64,000 bases of DNA, taken from Chiloscyllium plagiosum (Eukaryota). This document shows, in pieces, positions 13,291-25,400 of the stretch. The stretch spans positions 55,772,436 to 55,836,435 of the forward strand of contig NC_057722.1 of NCBI RefSeq assembly GCF_004010195.1. Direction: 5' to 3'. Made by a program: the position numbers and the translations under genes. Below the pieces are notes generated by a model, which saw only the letters and a program-made list of their open reading frames with translations, was not told the origin of the DNA and did not search any database. How positions within the stretch are numbered: position 1 is the stretch's first letter; each line of letters opens with the position of its first letter.

Positions 13291-15130
13291 TGAAGAGAGA
13301 AAGGAAATGGGTGTAGTATTGCTCTGCAGTGTGTATTGAGAACCCCAAGAGAGAACTGGCTGTACAGTCAATGTACGAGCCCGAAGAAAGGAGGATGCTA
13401 TAATGTTTGTGTGTCCAGAATCCTGGAGACAGGAGAAATATAACATTAGATAGGTAAAATCATAGTCTTTTTTAAAATAGTATCTTATAGAAGGAGGAGG
13501 GTCATAGTAGGAACATAAAGAGCCTGGAAATAGAATAGGGATTCATGGTGTGTCTATGGAAAGCCCTGAAGATGAGGTTGGTATACAATATGAGGTAGAG
13601 ACAGTCCCATATAATACAGGTGGTAGGAATTGGTGTGTACCGAGGAGATTCTGTTTTGATATGTTCCACTTGTCCAGAATGAGTGGAGAGTGTAGGCTGA
13701 ATTGCCATGTCCTGTGCTGTATTATTCAAATATGAGTTAATAATATTGAATCATAGGTCTGGTTTCCACAACAAAGTATGAGGATATGGTAAAATTTGGG
13801 CAAAAAACTGAAATTCATTTTTGTAATTTTATAAATATATGCCCAGTTTTCCAGGCCAATTAAATGTATTATGCTGGTTTAGATACTGGTTACAGGTACC
13901 TACTGTTTTGTGTTTCTGGTATATTTATTAAAATAAAATCCGGAGCTATTTAATTTCTCGTGCCAGCACTGCTTGATCTAAAGTTCTTTAACTTGCAGGA
14001 TGTTGGTTTAAAAAATGTAGAGTTTCAGTGCTCACAATTAACCTCTGTTGCTCTGGCTTTCCTTCCAGTCACTGAGCCAAAGCAGAGTTTAAAATCTGAG
14101 CCAGATGCATGGGCTAGATGCACTGAAAAAGGATATCCTAGTGAACAGCACTACAAAATAAACCAGCTTCTACTCTTGCTTGCAAGTAAGGGTGGATATC
14201 TGATAACTTGTTGGTATAGTGTTTTCACGGATATTATTTTGTAAGCATTGTTTGTCAGTAAAATAGCCTATTTAGAATGTTATAGATAGTGGTCTCGAAC
14301 AACTATTAATTTCACAAACTAATATTGAATTTAAAAATATTTAAAATATCAGAATACCTTTCTTTAGTTAATGGGATGTGGGTGTTGCTGGCGAGACCAG
14401 AATTTCTTGCCCAACCTGAAATAATTTTGAAAAGACTAGTAAACCAATCATATTGCTGTGAGTCCAGAGTCATACATAAGTCAGACCAGGTAATGATAGC
14501 AGATTTCTTCCCTAAAGGACATTATGAATCAGATGTATTTTTAAGACAGATAGTTTTGTGCTTGCCATAAATAGATAGCTTTCAATCTCAGACTTATTAA
14601 TTTAAGTTCCAGCAGCTACAATGATGGAACTTAAAGCTATGTCCACAGAGTATCAGCCTGAATCTCTGGATTACTAGTCCAGTAATATTACCATTCTGCA
14701 ATTGAAAGGTTAAGAGGGATTTAGGCCAAGTGCTGACAAATGGAACTAGATCAATTTCGGATATCTGGTCGGCATGGACGAGTTGAAACAAAGGGTCTGT
14801 TTCCGTGCTGCACATCTCTATGACTCGATAATAAGTATTTGGCATCAGTGCTAGACAGTAACAAAAAATGCTTGATTAATTTACAAATGAAAGAACAGCC
14901 ATACTGTAATAAATCGAGATTAGTGTCCTGAGTAAAGTACTGTATTGAGGTCTCATTGTACAGGTAATTTTGCTATAACCTGCACCGACGTGAATTCACT
15001 GTAATGCAATTGATGAATTGGGGATGCTGTTTCTAAAGCACAAACTTTTAAAACGTGTGTTGATGCAACACTTACATTGCCAACACTTTAAAGTGCTGTT
15101 TCTAAGGCCTGACACTTCTTTAATACAGGG

Positions 15131-16074
15131 TGTTGTGGTTCTGTTCGCCAAGCTGGGAATTTGTGTTGCAGACGTTTCGTACCCTGTCTGGGTGACATCC
15201 TCAGTGCTTGGGAGCCTCCTGTGAAGCACTTCTGTGATCGTTCCTCCGGCATTTGTAGTGGTTTGAATCTGCCGCTTCCGGTTGTCAGTTCCAGTGTCCG
15301 TTGCAGTGGTCGGTATATTGGTCCAGATCGATGTGCTTATTGATTGAATCTGTGGATTAATGCCATGCCTCTAGGAATTCCCTGGCTGTCCTCTGTTTGG
15401 CTTGTCCTATAATAGTAGTGTTGTCCCAGTCGAATTCATGTTGCTTGTCATCTGCGTGTGTGGCTACTCAGGATAGCTGGTCGTGTCGTTTCGTGGCTAG
15501 TTGGTGTTCATGGATGCGGATCGTTAGCTGTCTTCCAGTTTGTCCTATGTAGTGTTTTGTACAGTCCTTGCATGGGATGTATACAAAATCCCATGCAAGG
15601 ACTGTACAAAACACTACATAGGACAAACAGGAAGACAGCTAATGATCCGCATCCATGAACACCAACTAGCCACGAAACGACACGACCAGCTATCCTGAGT
15701 AGCCACACACGCAGATGACAAGCAACATGAATTCGACTGGGACAACACTACTATTATAGGACAAGCCAAACAAAGAACAGCCAGGGAATTCCTAGAGGCA
15801 TGGCATTCATCCACAGATTCAATCAATAAGCACATCGATCTGGACCAATATACCGACCACTGCAACGGACACTGGAACTGACAACCGGAAGCGGCAGATT
15901 CAAACCACTACAAATACCGGAGGAAACAACACAGAAGCGCTTCACAGGAGGCTCCCAAGCACTGAGGATGTCACCTAGACAGGAGACGAAACGTCTGCAA
16001 CACAAATTCCCAACTCGGTGAACAGAACCACAACAACGAGCACCCGAGCTACAAATCTTCTCCCAAACTTTGAA
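15131..16074. mobile_element. Penelope-like element, fold-back (inverted) insertion 1
   Basis: 448-bp arms (15131-15578 and 15588-16035) around a 9-nt spacer. The + arm encodes [33 protein letters not shown]-like TAATACAGGGT/TAATGCAGGGT. Confidence 0.92.
15959..15998 (+). ncRNA. Minimal type-I hammerhead ribozyme motif in Penelope terminal repeat (mirror copy at about 15168-15207 on -)
   Basis: gca-CTGAGGA-t-gtcacc-tagaca-ggagac-GAAAC-GTC-tgc: conserved core, imperfect stem II and a short stem I. Confidence 0.65.
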
Positions 16075-16789
16075 TAATGCAGGGTTGCACAAGAATGCAA
16101 ACCATTGCATTATGGAAGAACTGACTGTATCTGAATTTGAGAATAATTATGGTTTAGTGAAAAATGAAATTCTAGAAGCTAGTTTCTCAGTTATTCACAT
16201 TATGTAACATCTTTTTGCAAAGTTCTTTTATTCAATATCTATCTGGCCACTCTTACATTATTTCAACTTGGGGGTTAGACCAGATTTCATCCTATCAAAG
16301 AACCTACTGCACAGGAGGATGTCCACTCAATCATTATATCTAAAAGCCAGCGGTGCGCAGCTTCCTGTAGCTGTTCTTTTGTCAGGGGGTGCTTGATTCG
16401 CTTCCTGTAACTAACAAAAACAAATGATATGTGCAATATCTGCTTTTGAAATTGGAGAAAGGTTATAATGAAGTCTGTGGACTGTTAATCTTCTGACTCT
16501 GGAATGTGTGTTGAAAAACTATCCAACATGACTGTTTGAAAGTCATCAATGATTGCCAGATATGAATCCCTTTTGAAATAAAGTTGTATTCGCTATCTAT
16601 TTGCTAATGAGTGCAGTCCTTCAACACAAAACTGCCATTTGGCAATAGTAGTAACCTTACCTAGGAAATGTGTTAGAGAAAAATGAACTGGTACAGTAGA
16701 TGATAGCACTTCTCAAGTCAGACAAGAATGCAGAGAACGTTATGTTACTACTGACTGTTGCTGGAACTGACACTGGATACTTGAAAGGC

Positions 16790-17052
16790 AGACTTCAAAT
16801 CCCACTACTAAGCGTCCACACATTCCAACCAGGTGTTAAACTGTGCTTTCATTTGCCCTTTCAGGTGGACGTTAAAGATCCTAAGCCAATAATTATCCCT
16901 TACCAAACAGTGGTAAAACAGATTGTGGAACTTGACTGTGTGCAAATTGTTTGTTTAATTTCATTAATCACAACAGTGACTGCACAGCAAATGCTGTGAA
17001 GCACTTTGAGATATTGAGAAAATGAAAAATGGTATAAAAATGCAAACTTTTT
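16790..17052 (+). mobile_element. Deu-domain SINE remnant (SacSINE1/AmnSINE1-like)
   Basis: TCAGGTGGACGTTAAAGATCC core and an L2-type 3' end (GTGAAGCACTTTGAGA...TATAAAAATGCAA). Confidence 0.55.
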
Positions 17053-17929
17053 TGTTCATTGAACAGAGTTTACCTCTGGTGAAATTTTTGCAGAACTGTA
17101 ATCAACCATTGTTAGCCCACTTCCTGCAATGGTTTCATAGAGTTCTTCCTATAATAGCCCTTCCATTTATTTAAAGAAGTGGTGAGCCCCTTGAACAGGT
17201 AAAAGATCACGACAAGCTTTCCAGGGTTCTTGTGGCATAGTGGTAATGTCCCTATGCCCTGAGCTAGGAGGCTGGGTACAAGCTCCACCTGCTCCAGAAG
17301 TGTATAATAACATCTCTGAACAGGTTGGTTTCAGAAAGAAAAGCTTTCCAATTAGAAATTGAAGAAAAATTAATGTTTATAAGACTCAGGCCATTTTCTG
17401 CCACTTTTAAAGATTGACTGAAACAGATTGTATCACTGGACTCTGGGATGAACAATATTTAGGCATAATTGATGAGCAGTGTAGGTAGGATGGGATTTGG
17501 GACAAATGATATTGGGAAATGGTTAACTCTCTCTTGAAATCTTAGACTGAGCTCAGTAAACAGACCACAGAAAAGTAGATGAAGTTTTCAGTCACTCAGA
17601 TTAATGACTTTGTGAACTATATAGCTAATGTATCAAGTTTATCTTAAACAAATTGTGCTATGGGGCCTTTGTTACTAAGATTTGGGTTGCAGTTCTTAAT
17701 GTGAGGTACTTCTATAAGATCCAAGAAGCCAATTTAAAAATGAGATGAGGCCTTCACTCTTTGGTTTATGCTGAATTCCAGCTGAGGGTTATGATTTTAA
17801 AAAGTCATTGTACCAACTTTCTATTTCAAACCAGATATTCAGACTGATGTAATATTTAAGAATTTATTATGTATGTGTTTTTAAGCATTTTTATTTTTAT
17901 TTTTTTTTTCACAGCAAAACTGTCAGACT

Positions 17930-19418
17930 ATGAAGGAGCTCAGCAATGGCAAATGCAGTAAAAGATTCTTAAGGGCAACCTTTAGAGAGCAACTGAGATC
18001 CCATCACAGCAAATGGAAACATTTCGATGGCTCGTTGTGCTCCCAAAGACAGTTTTATTATCAACAGAAGCAGCGTCTGTGGCTGTCAATCAGGAAAAAA
18101 CGGGCCAAGTCTGCACTAAGGAAGGCCCTTTTGGATTGTCAACAGTGCAGATCTGTGAAAAACACCAAATGTTTGAAGGCAACATGGAAAGAAACTACGT
18201 TGTTGACCTCAAGAGTCAATGACACCCCAACTGAGGGAGCATGTACACCAACCTTGGTACCCCAAGCAGAAAGAGAGTGTAAGGGACGTGAAGTCAATGA
18301 AGTTCGGAACAGCAGTGCTGTTGCCTCAGATACTGACTGTAAATCAACCATTTTATATTGTAAAGCAATCTCAAGAAAACTAACTGCAACTTCAAATGTT
18401 ACTTGTCTCAAATCTCTACGGAAGAACAACAGTGGACTTCACGACAAGATTATAAATCAAAAACTATTAAATGGTTATAAAAGAATAGACTTCCAAGGGA
18501 ACAAAGATTCTGTGTTGAACAGTTTACCTCGCAAGACAAAGCGTCAGTTGAAAGGTCACAAAATCTGTCTGCTATACAGAAAACCTTCTCTCTTTAGCTT
18601 CCATTATAGAATATTTAATAGTCAAAACAGGCGGAAAAAATATACCTGTCAAAAGCAAGAGAGGCTAAACTTGGTGCAGACTTCAAATCCGAAGAAGACT
18701 GGCCAATGTATGAATAAAATGGCATGTGATGCGTCTTCTCTGTCCCCTCCCATAGACAAAGATTCTAGCCAAAATTTGGAGTTTGCATCAGATCAGAATA
18801 GCAGTATATCAGAGACAATGAAGCAAGACAAGAATTCTTGCCTGACTAGTTGCTGTGAAGTTTCAGTTACACCTCTTGATGAAAGGATGGACATTTCGCA
18901 AATGCAGGAGACTGCATCTCATTTTATTCAATCTAGTGAAAAACTTATTGACAGTAATAATCAGGCAGTTGATGAAAACTCAGAAACATTGTTCCCTCCC
19001 TCAAGCCCTCTTGAATCTGATGCATCTTGTGCCAGTCAGCTTGTGGGTGCAGATAAATGGCCTAAAATTGATGGGGCACCCGAGACGTTTATTGTCTCAC
19101 AGGGGAGACTTCAGAACAAAACCCCAGTCTGTGACGGGGAGATGCAGGTCATCAATGTAGTAATGGATTCAAGTCCTGTATCATACAGATGTACAAACAC
19201 TTCTCTAAATGAATCTGGCCAGTCAGTTTGTTTGCAAAGTGGTGAGCCATGTCCTGTGCTTCAGCCACAGCTATTAGATCACATTTATTATAGATCCACT
19301 AAGGAGCACGAATCGGTGAGGACTGAACCATTACCTAGAAGTGAAGCTGAAAAGGGAAAGGAGAATGAATCTCAGACCTCCTCTATTGCCAGCGAACAGT
19401 TAATATCCTGTATTCATG
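17930..19418 (+). CDS. SENP5: SENP5 large first coding exon (exon starts 17915)
   Basis: Poly-T tract and ACAG acceptor ending at 17914. ATG at 17930. Basic N-terminus. Donor CATG|GTACAG, phase 1. Confidence 0.9.
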
Positions 19419-22400
19419 GTACAGTTACTCGTTTAAGAAAATCTATTTCAATTTCTTACTAAAATTATACTACACGTTTTTTAAAACAACAGGTCAATGA
19501 AGTTTAATCAGTGAGTGACCCAAGTTGTTGTACTGTATTAGTCCAATTTGCAGAGGCCTTGAGCCAATGAGAATGTCACTGTAAAAGTAAAGTGCTCCCC
19601 AAACCACCTTTATTTTATGTGATGGACCTTTGGTACTTTTTAGATGGATGTATTTGTTGCCATTGCAACTTCAAGGATGCACTCAGTGCCCATACAGTCA
19701 GTGTCTGACGTCACTGACAATGGGACTGCTGGAAATAGCTTGCATCAAAGAATAGGATAAATAAAAGAATTCAATTTTGCATGTTTTCAGCTAATTTAAT
19801 GTACATCTGGGTTCATGGATATTCACACTGTCCCACCCACAGCATTTGATTGCATCACTCCCAAATCTATGCTGCCCCATTCTGTTATGGTTTTCTGTTC
19901 ATCACAAATGAGGGAGCAGGGTGGCCAGTGGTGAGGTGGTGGGGGGGGGTCAAATCAATGATTGGAGTGCTGAGTGGTGTGATAAATTACAGTGGCATAT
20001 GGAAATCAGAAATGCATGCAGAAACAGCAAGTGTGATGTGACCAGGTATGGTTGGGTGTACAACCGTTAGTGGCACAGCGCATATGCCTGGGGTGGATTG
20101 GGTGTTGATTTCTGGTCCCTGACATGTATCAGTAGCATCAATGTTTCATACTTCCTCTTGCACTTCTGTGGCAGTTTGTTATTTATTTGAGTCTGAGCCA
20201 GCTGGTTTCACTTCACTGCAGTTGGATGAACTATATGCATGGTTAATTTATAGCGGGTTTTGGGAAGATTTGAAGCTCAGGTTAAGGTTCTGGATGTAAG
20301 TTTGCTCCTTGAGCTGGAAGGTTTGTTTTTAGGCGTTTTCATCACCATACTAGATAACATTATCAGTGAGCTCCGGTGAAGCACTGGTGTTACGTCCTGC
20401 TTTCTGTTTGTGTTTAGGTTTCCTTGGGCTGGTGATGTAATTTCCTGTTCTTTTGTTCAGAGGGTGGTAGATGGTCCAATTTGATGTGTTTGTTGATAGA
20501 GTTCTGGTTGGAATGCTATGCTTCTGGGAATTCTCAGGTGTATCTATGTTTAGCTTGTCCTAGGATGGATGTGTTCTTCCAGTCGAAGTGGTGTCCTTCC
20601 TCATTTGTATGTAAGGGTACTAGTGAGAGTGGGTCACGTCTTTTTGTGGCTAGTTGATGTTCATGTATCCTGGTGGATAGTTTTCTGCCTGTTTGTCCAA
20701 TGTAGTGTTTTTTGTCTTTGTAGAGAGTCTTTTATGTTCATTAGCTGCTGTTTTAGTGTGTTGGTGGGTTTGTGGGCTACCATGATGCCAAGAGGTCTGA
20801 GTAATCTGGCACTCATTTCTGAAATGTCTTTGATGGAGGGGAGAGTGACTAGGGTTTCTGGGTACGTTTTGTCTGCTTGTTTGGGTTTGTTGCTGAGAAA
20901 TTGGCAGATAGTATGCTTTATTTTTGAATACGCTGTATAGGTGATTTTCCTCTGCTCTTTGTAGTTCCTCTATGTTGCAGTGTGTGGTGGTTCATTGAAA
21001 TCATGTCCTAATGCAGCTGCGTTTGTGCGTGTGTTGGGACACTTGTTTCTGTACTTCAATATTTGGTCCTTTTGTGTGGTTTTCCTGTAGATGCTGGTTT
21101 GGACTTCCTCGTTGAATGTTTACCCTACTATGACATCTAGGAATGGCAGTTTGTTGTTGTTCTCCTCTTTTGTGAATTTTATGCCAGAAGGGACATTATT
21201 GATGGTCTTGAAGGTTTCTGCTAATTTGTTTCATTTAGTGATGACGGGGTGCCATCCATGTAGCGGACCCAAAGTTTGGGTTGGATGGCTGGCAGAGTTG
21301 ATTGGTCGAGTCTCTGCATTACTGCCTCTGCTGTGGATGTGGATGACTCCTTTGTCATCACTAAACGAAACAAATTAGTGGATTATTATTATTATATTAT
21401 ATTAGCATATTATTGATGGTCCAGAGGCAGTAATGCAGAGACTCTAACAATCAGCTCTGCCAACCATCCAACTCAAACTTTGGGTCCACTACGCGGATGT
21501 GGATGACACCTTTTGTCATGATAAACAAAACAAAGTCGCAGATACCTTCAAGACCATCAATAATATCCTTACTGGCATAAAATTCACAAAAGAGGAGGAG
21601 AACAACAACAAACTGCCATTCCTAGGTGTAACAGTAGAGCAAACAGTCATTGGGGAACTTCAAACCAGTGTCTACAGGAAAAACACGCAAACGGACCAAA
21701 TACTGAACTGCACAAGCAATCATCCCAACACCCACAAACGAAGCTGCATTAGAGCATTACTTTAACGAGCCGCCCACACACTGCAGCACAGAGGAAAATC
21801 ACCTATACAGTGTATTGAAAAATAACTGGTACTGTCTGCCAATTTCTCCACAAACCCAAACAAGCAGACAAAACGTGTCCAGAAACCCTAGCCACTGTCC
21901 ACTACATCAAACACATCTCAGAAATGAGTGCCAGACTACTCAGACCTCTTGGCATCATGGTAGCCCACAAACCCACCAACACACAAAACAGCAGCTAATG
22001 AACTTGAAAAATCCTATACAGATAACGAGCAAAATGAATGTCATCTACAAAATAACTTGCAAGAACTGTAACAAACACTACATTGGACAAACAGGCAGAA
22101 AACTATCTACCAGGATACATGAACATCAACTAGCCACTATAAGATGTGACCCACTATCACTAGTATCTTTGGATACAGATGAGGAAGGACACCACTTCAA
22201 CTGGGACAACACATCCTTCAGAGATACACATGAAAATTCCTAGAAGCATGGCATTCCAACTGGAACTCTTATCAACAAACACATCAAATTGGACCCCATC
22301 TACCAATGAAAAGAATAGGAAATGACATCACCATCCCAAGGAAATCTAAATACATAACTAGAAAGCAGGACATAATACCAGCATTTCACTGGAGACTCAC

Positions 22401-25400
22401 TGATCTTACCTAGGTGATGAAACATCTGAAAAATGAACCTTCCAGCTCAGCGACCAAACTTATATCCATGGTTAATGTATTCCTCACCTTATTTAAGGAA
22501 GAATGTTAAAGCCCTGGAGAGCATTCAAATGAGATTTCTTAGAATGATATCAGGAATGAGGGATTTCAGATACAAATAAAAGTTAGAGACATTGGGTTTA
22601 TTCTTCTTGGAGCAGAGAAAATTAAGAGGTGACCTTATTGAGGTATTTAAATTTATGAACAGTTTTGACAGGCTAAAGAAGGATATTCTGTTTCCACTAG
22701 TTGGTATGTCAGTAACTAGGAGTCACAATTTCAAGATTGTCAGTAAGAGAGCCAGGAGCAAAATGAGGAAAAACTCCTTTATTCAGTTTGTGGGATTTGG
22801 AATGCGCTGCCTGGGAGAGTGCTGGAGTTGCATTCCAAAAAAGGTTTCAGAGGAGCTGGATGTACATTTGAAAGTCATGAATTTTGAGGGTTGTGGAGAT
22901 AGAGTTAGAGAATGGTCAGGCTGGGTAGCCCTTTTGGCAGCCAGATGGGTTAGGTGGCCTCCTTCTGTACCATAGAAGTCTGATTCTATCTGTTGTCCCA
23001 CAGAAATATTCTAGAATGGGATTAGTCTGTGTTGTTGCTGGTTCTCCACCTGCCAATGTAGAAAACAGCCCTAAAATGCATCTGTGGTCTTGTGTGTGTG
23101 GGAGTGGGGGTAGAGATGGGAGAGAAATCTTTTCCTTGCATTATGCAGGTGGTTGGTGAATTACCTCCTGTACTTACACCATCCAGAACCCCATGCAGAG
23201 TTTAATATTGTGTGTCAATTTCTTGAAGATATTTTAATATGTTTGTTTTAATTTTGGCATTGTGGAAGTAATCTAAGACAAGCTGAGAGGAGTTACTAGG
23301 GTTAAATGCATTTGAAAGTTGTCTTGATACTTCAGATCCTGTTCAAATGAACTTCCTCTGATGGGTACAGATGAGATTCACCAAAATGTTGCCTGGAAGG
23401 GAGCACTTTAGAGAGAAGCTGGATAGGTTGAAGTTGTTTGCTTTAGATCAGAGAAGGCTGAGGGAAGACCTAATTGAGGTACATAAGATTGAGGGAGGTG
23501 GATATGAAGCAGCTGTTGCCTTTTGTTGAAGAGGCAATAACGAGTGGGCATACTTTTAACAGAAAGGGAAAGACATGGAAGGGGATTTGAAGAGAAATCT
23601 TTCACCTTGGAGGGTGTAGAGAATTTGGAATGCGCTTTCTGGGAGGCTAGTGTAATTGAGAAACCCCGCAAGTATGTGGATGAGCACTTGAACTGTCATA
23701 ACATTCAAGGCTTTGGACAAAGTGTTAAAAAGGATTAGTGTGGATAAAATGGCACAGACTTTGAGCCTCTTCTGTATTGTATGACTGTTCACTTGAGTAC
23801 TGCCTCAGTGTTACTTCCTATTGTTTAACCAAAAACATTTTTAAAGTGGAAAAACAATTGCTGTTTAAGTTAATCATAATTGCTTGTAACTACAATTCTT
23901 TTTTAAAAAATTTGGATAGTGACCGTTTTATTGTTAGCTTGTTTGAACAATTAGTTTTAAATGATATTTCTTCCAGTTCTAATAATTACTGTCTCAGAAT
24001 GAAAACTTGAAGCCTGAAATATCTTGAGCCCTGGTTCACTGCTAAACTTAAGAAGAGGGTACTTCAACCACTCATTCAGCATTGACATTGACCCCCATCC
24101 TGTTAGACTCACTCCTTTAGCTAACAGGCCAGAGGGTGTCAGGTGCATGATGTGTTCAACTCCTCGTTCTTTCTTACACATCCACTCATGGGGAGCAAAG
24201 GGCAAAGATACAGCAGAACCATATCATGCCCCAGTGCCTCCTTCAGAATGTAGAAATTTCAGAGTCATGAATCAGATTTGAGTAGTCTTAAGTTATTTCA
24301 CTTGAGCGGCTAACCACCCCCCCATCCCACTCCATTTCCAAACCTTGATTCTTGACCAAAAGAATATATTTATTCTACTGCCAAAGCAACTGATCTTCAT
24401 GGTTTCCATGGGCCATTAGTATTGAGATGTTTGAGAGCAGTTAAGAGTACCATCCGGTCTACCATTCATGTGCTCATCCCTCATTGTCCCCCTTAGCTGA
24501 AAACAATTCTTGCCCCAATTCTTAGCCAAGGGTACTTAAGGATTAATTATATTACCCAGCTGTCACTCAGGCTATCATTGCGTTGACTGTGGGCTAAATC
24601 TTATAAGTTTGTAAGTACACTTGGGGCTTTTAATGATGGAGGGTCACTGAAACCTTTCAGTTTAAAAATTGAATGGTGTTTAAGTTTGTCTTGATGGTTT
24701 TCAAAGTTGCATTTAAATCATTTCTCAATCAGAATCGAGACGTGAGAAATAAGAGTAATCCATGTCTCTGTTTGTAAGATAAATCACAATTTTGTTTGGA
24801 GATGTGTGTATCCTTTTTACACTTGATATTTTTGAAGTCAAACAATCATCATGTCATTAGAGATCTTACAAGCTCTCACTGTCAGTTATGCCCTTGTTGG
24901 GGTATAGATCGGGTATATCAATGTCTTAATACCCAATCTATCTTTCTGTCTCACTACTGGTTCAGGTGAAGTTAAGGATAAAGTAGAACTAAACAGCATC
25001 TTTTAATGTGCAATGTACCATCTAGAAATAATGCCTGAGAAAACATGGCTACAAATTTGAAACTGTTCCAAATATTATCTATCCCACTTCGGTCACAACC
25101 CAGTAAATATCAAGGTTTCTCTAACAAGGTGATGAATGAGTTGTTAACTCTAGAAGTAGTTGTTTCTGCCACATGGTTTCGTGGTTGATTGCTTCAAGTC
25201 CCGAATAATTCTGGACCTCGTACTTTCCTGATCTATATTTGGGTTTTTTTCAGCTTTCCTGGATGAATTTTTGACAAAGTATGGGAGTCTTATTCCCCTT
25301 ACTGAAAATGATGTTCTGATGAATCTAGAGCAGATCTTCCATCAGGATTTCCATGACAGGTATGTGGGTAATATTAGGAAATCATTATGCTGGATTATTT

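Larger units (their letters stand above)
14961..16128. mobile_element. TA-flanked Tigger/pogo-like non-autonomous DNA transposon hosting a Penelope insertion
   Basis: TA-CAGGTAATTTTGCTATAA at the left and imperfect inverted TTATGGAAGAACTGACTG-TA at the right. Confidence 0.5.

Noticed and set aside
12392-13446. Long overlapping ORFs (318, 291 and 228 aa) on both strands
   Set aside because: They are translations of a stop-poor minisatellite, with no domain or splice support.
15458-15708. Near-identical 66-aa ORFs on opposite strands
   Set aside because: A consequence of the Penelope palindrome; they are antisense frames of the GIY-YIG remnant.
19419-19462. C-terminal 14 codons of the 510-aa ORF as part of canonical SENP5
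   Set aside because: Homology and phase continue in the exon at 25254, so these codons are intronic in the main isoform.
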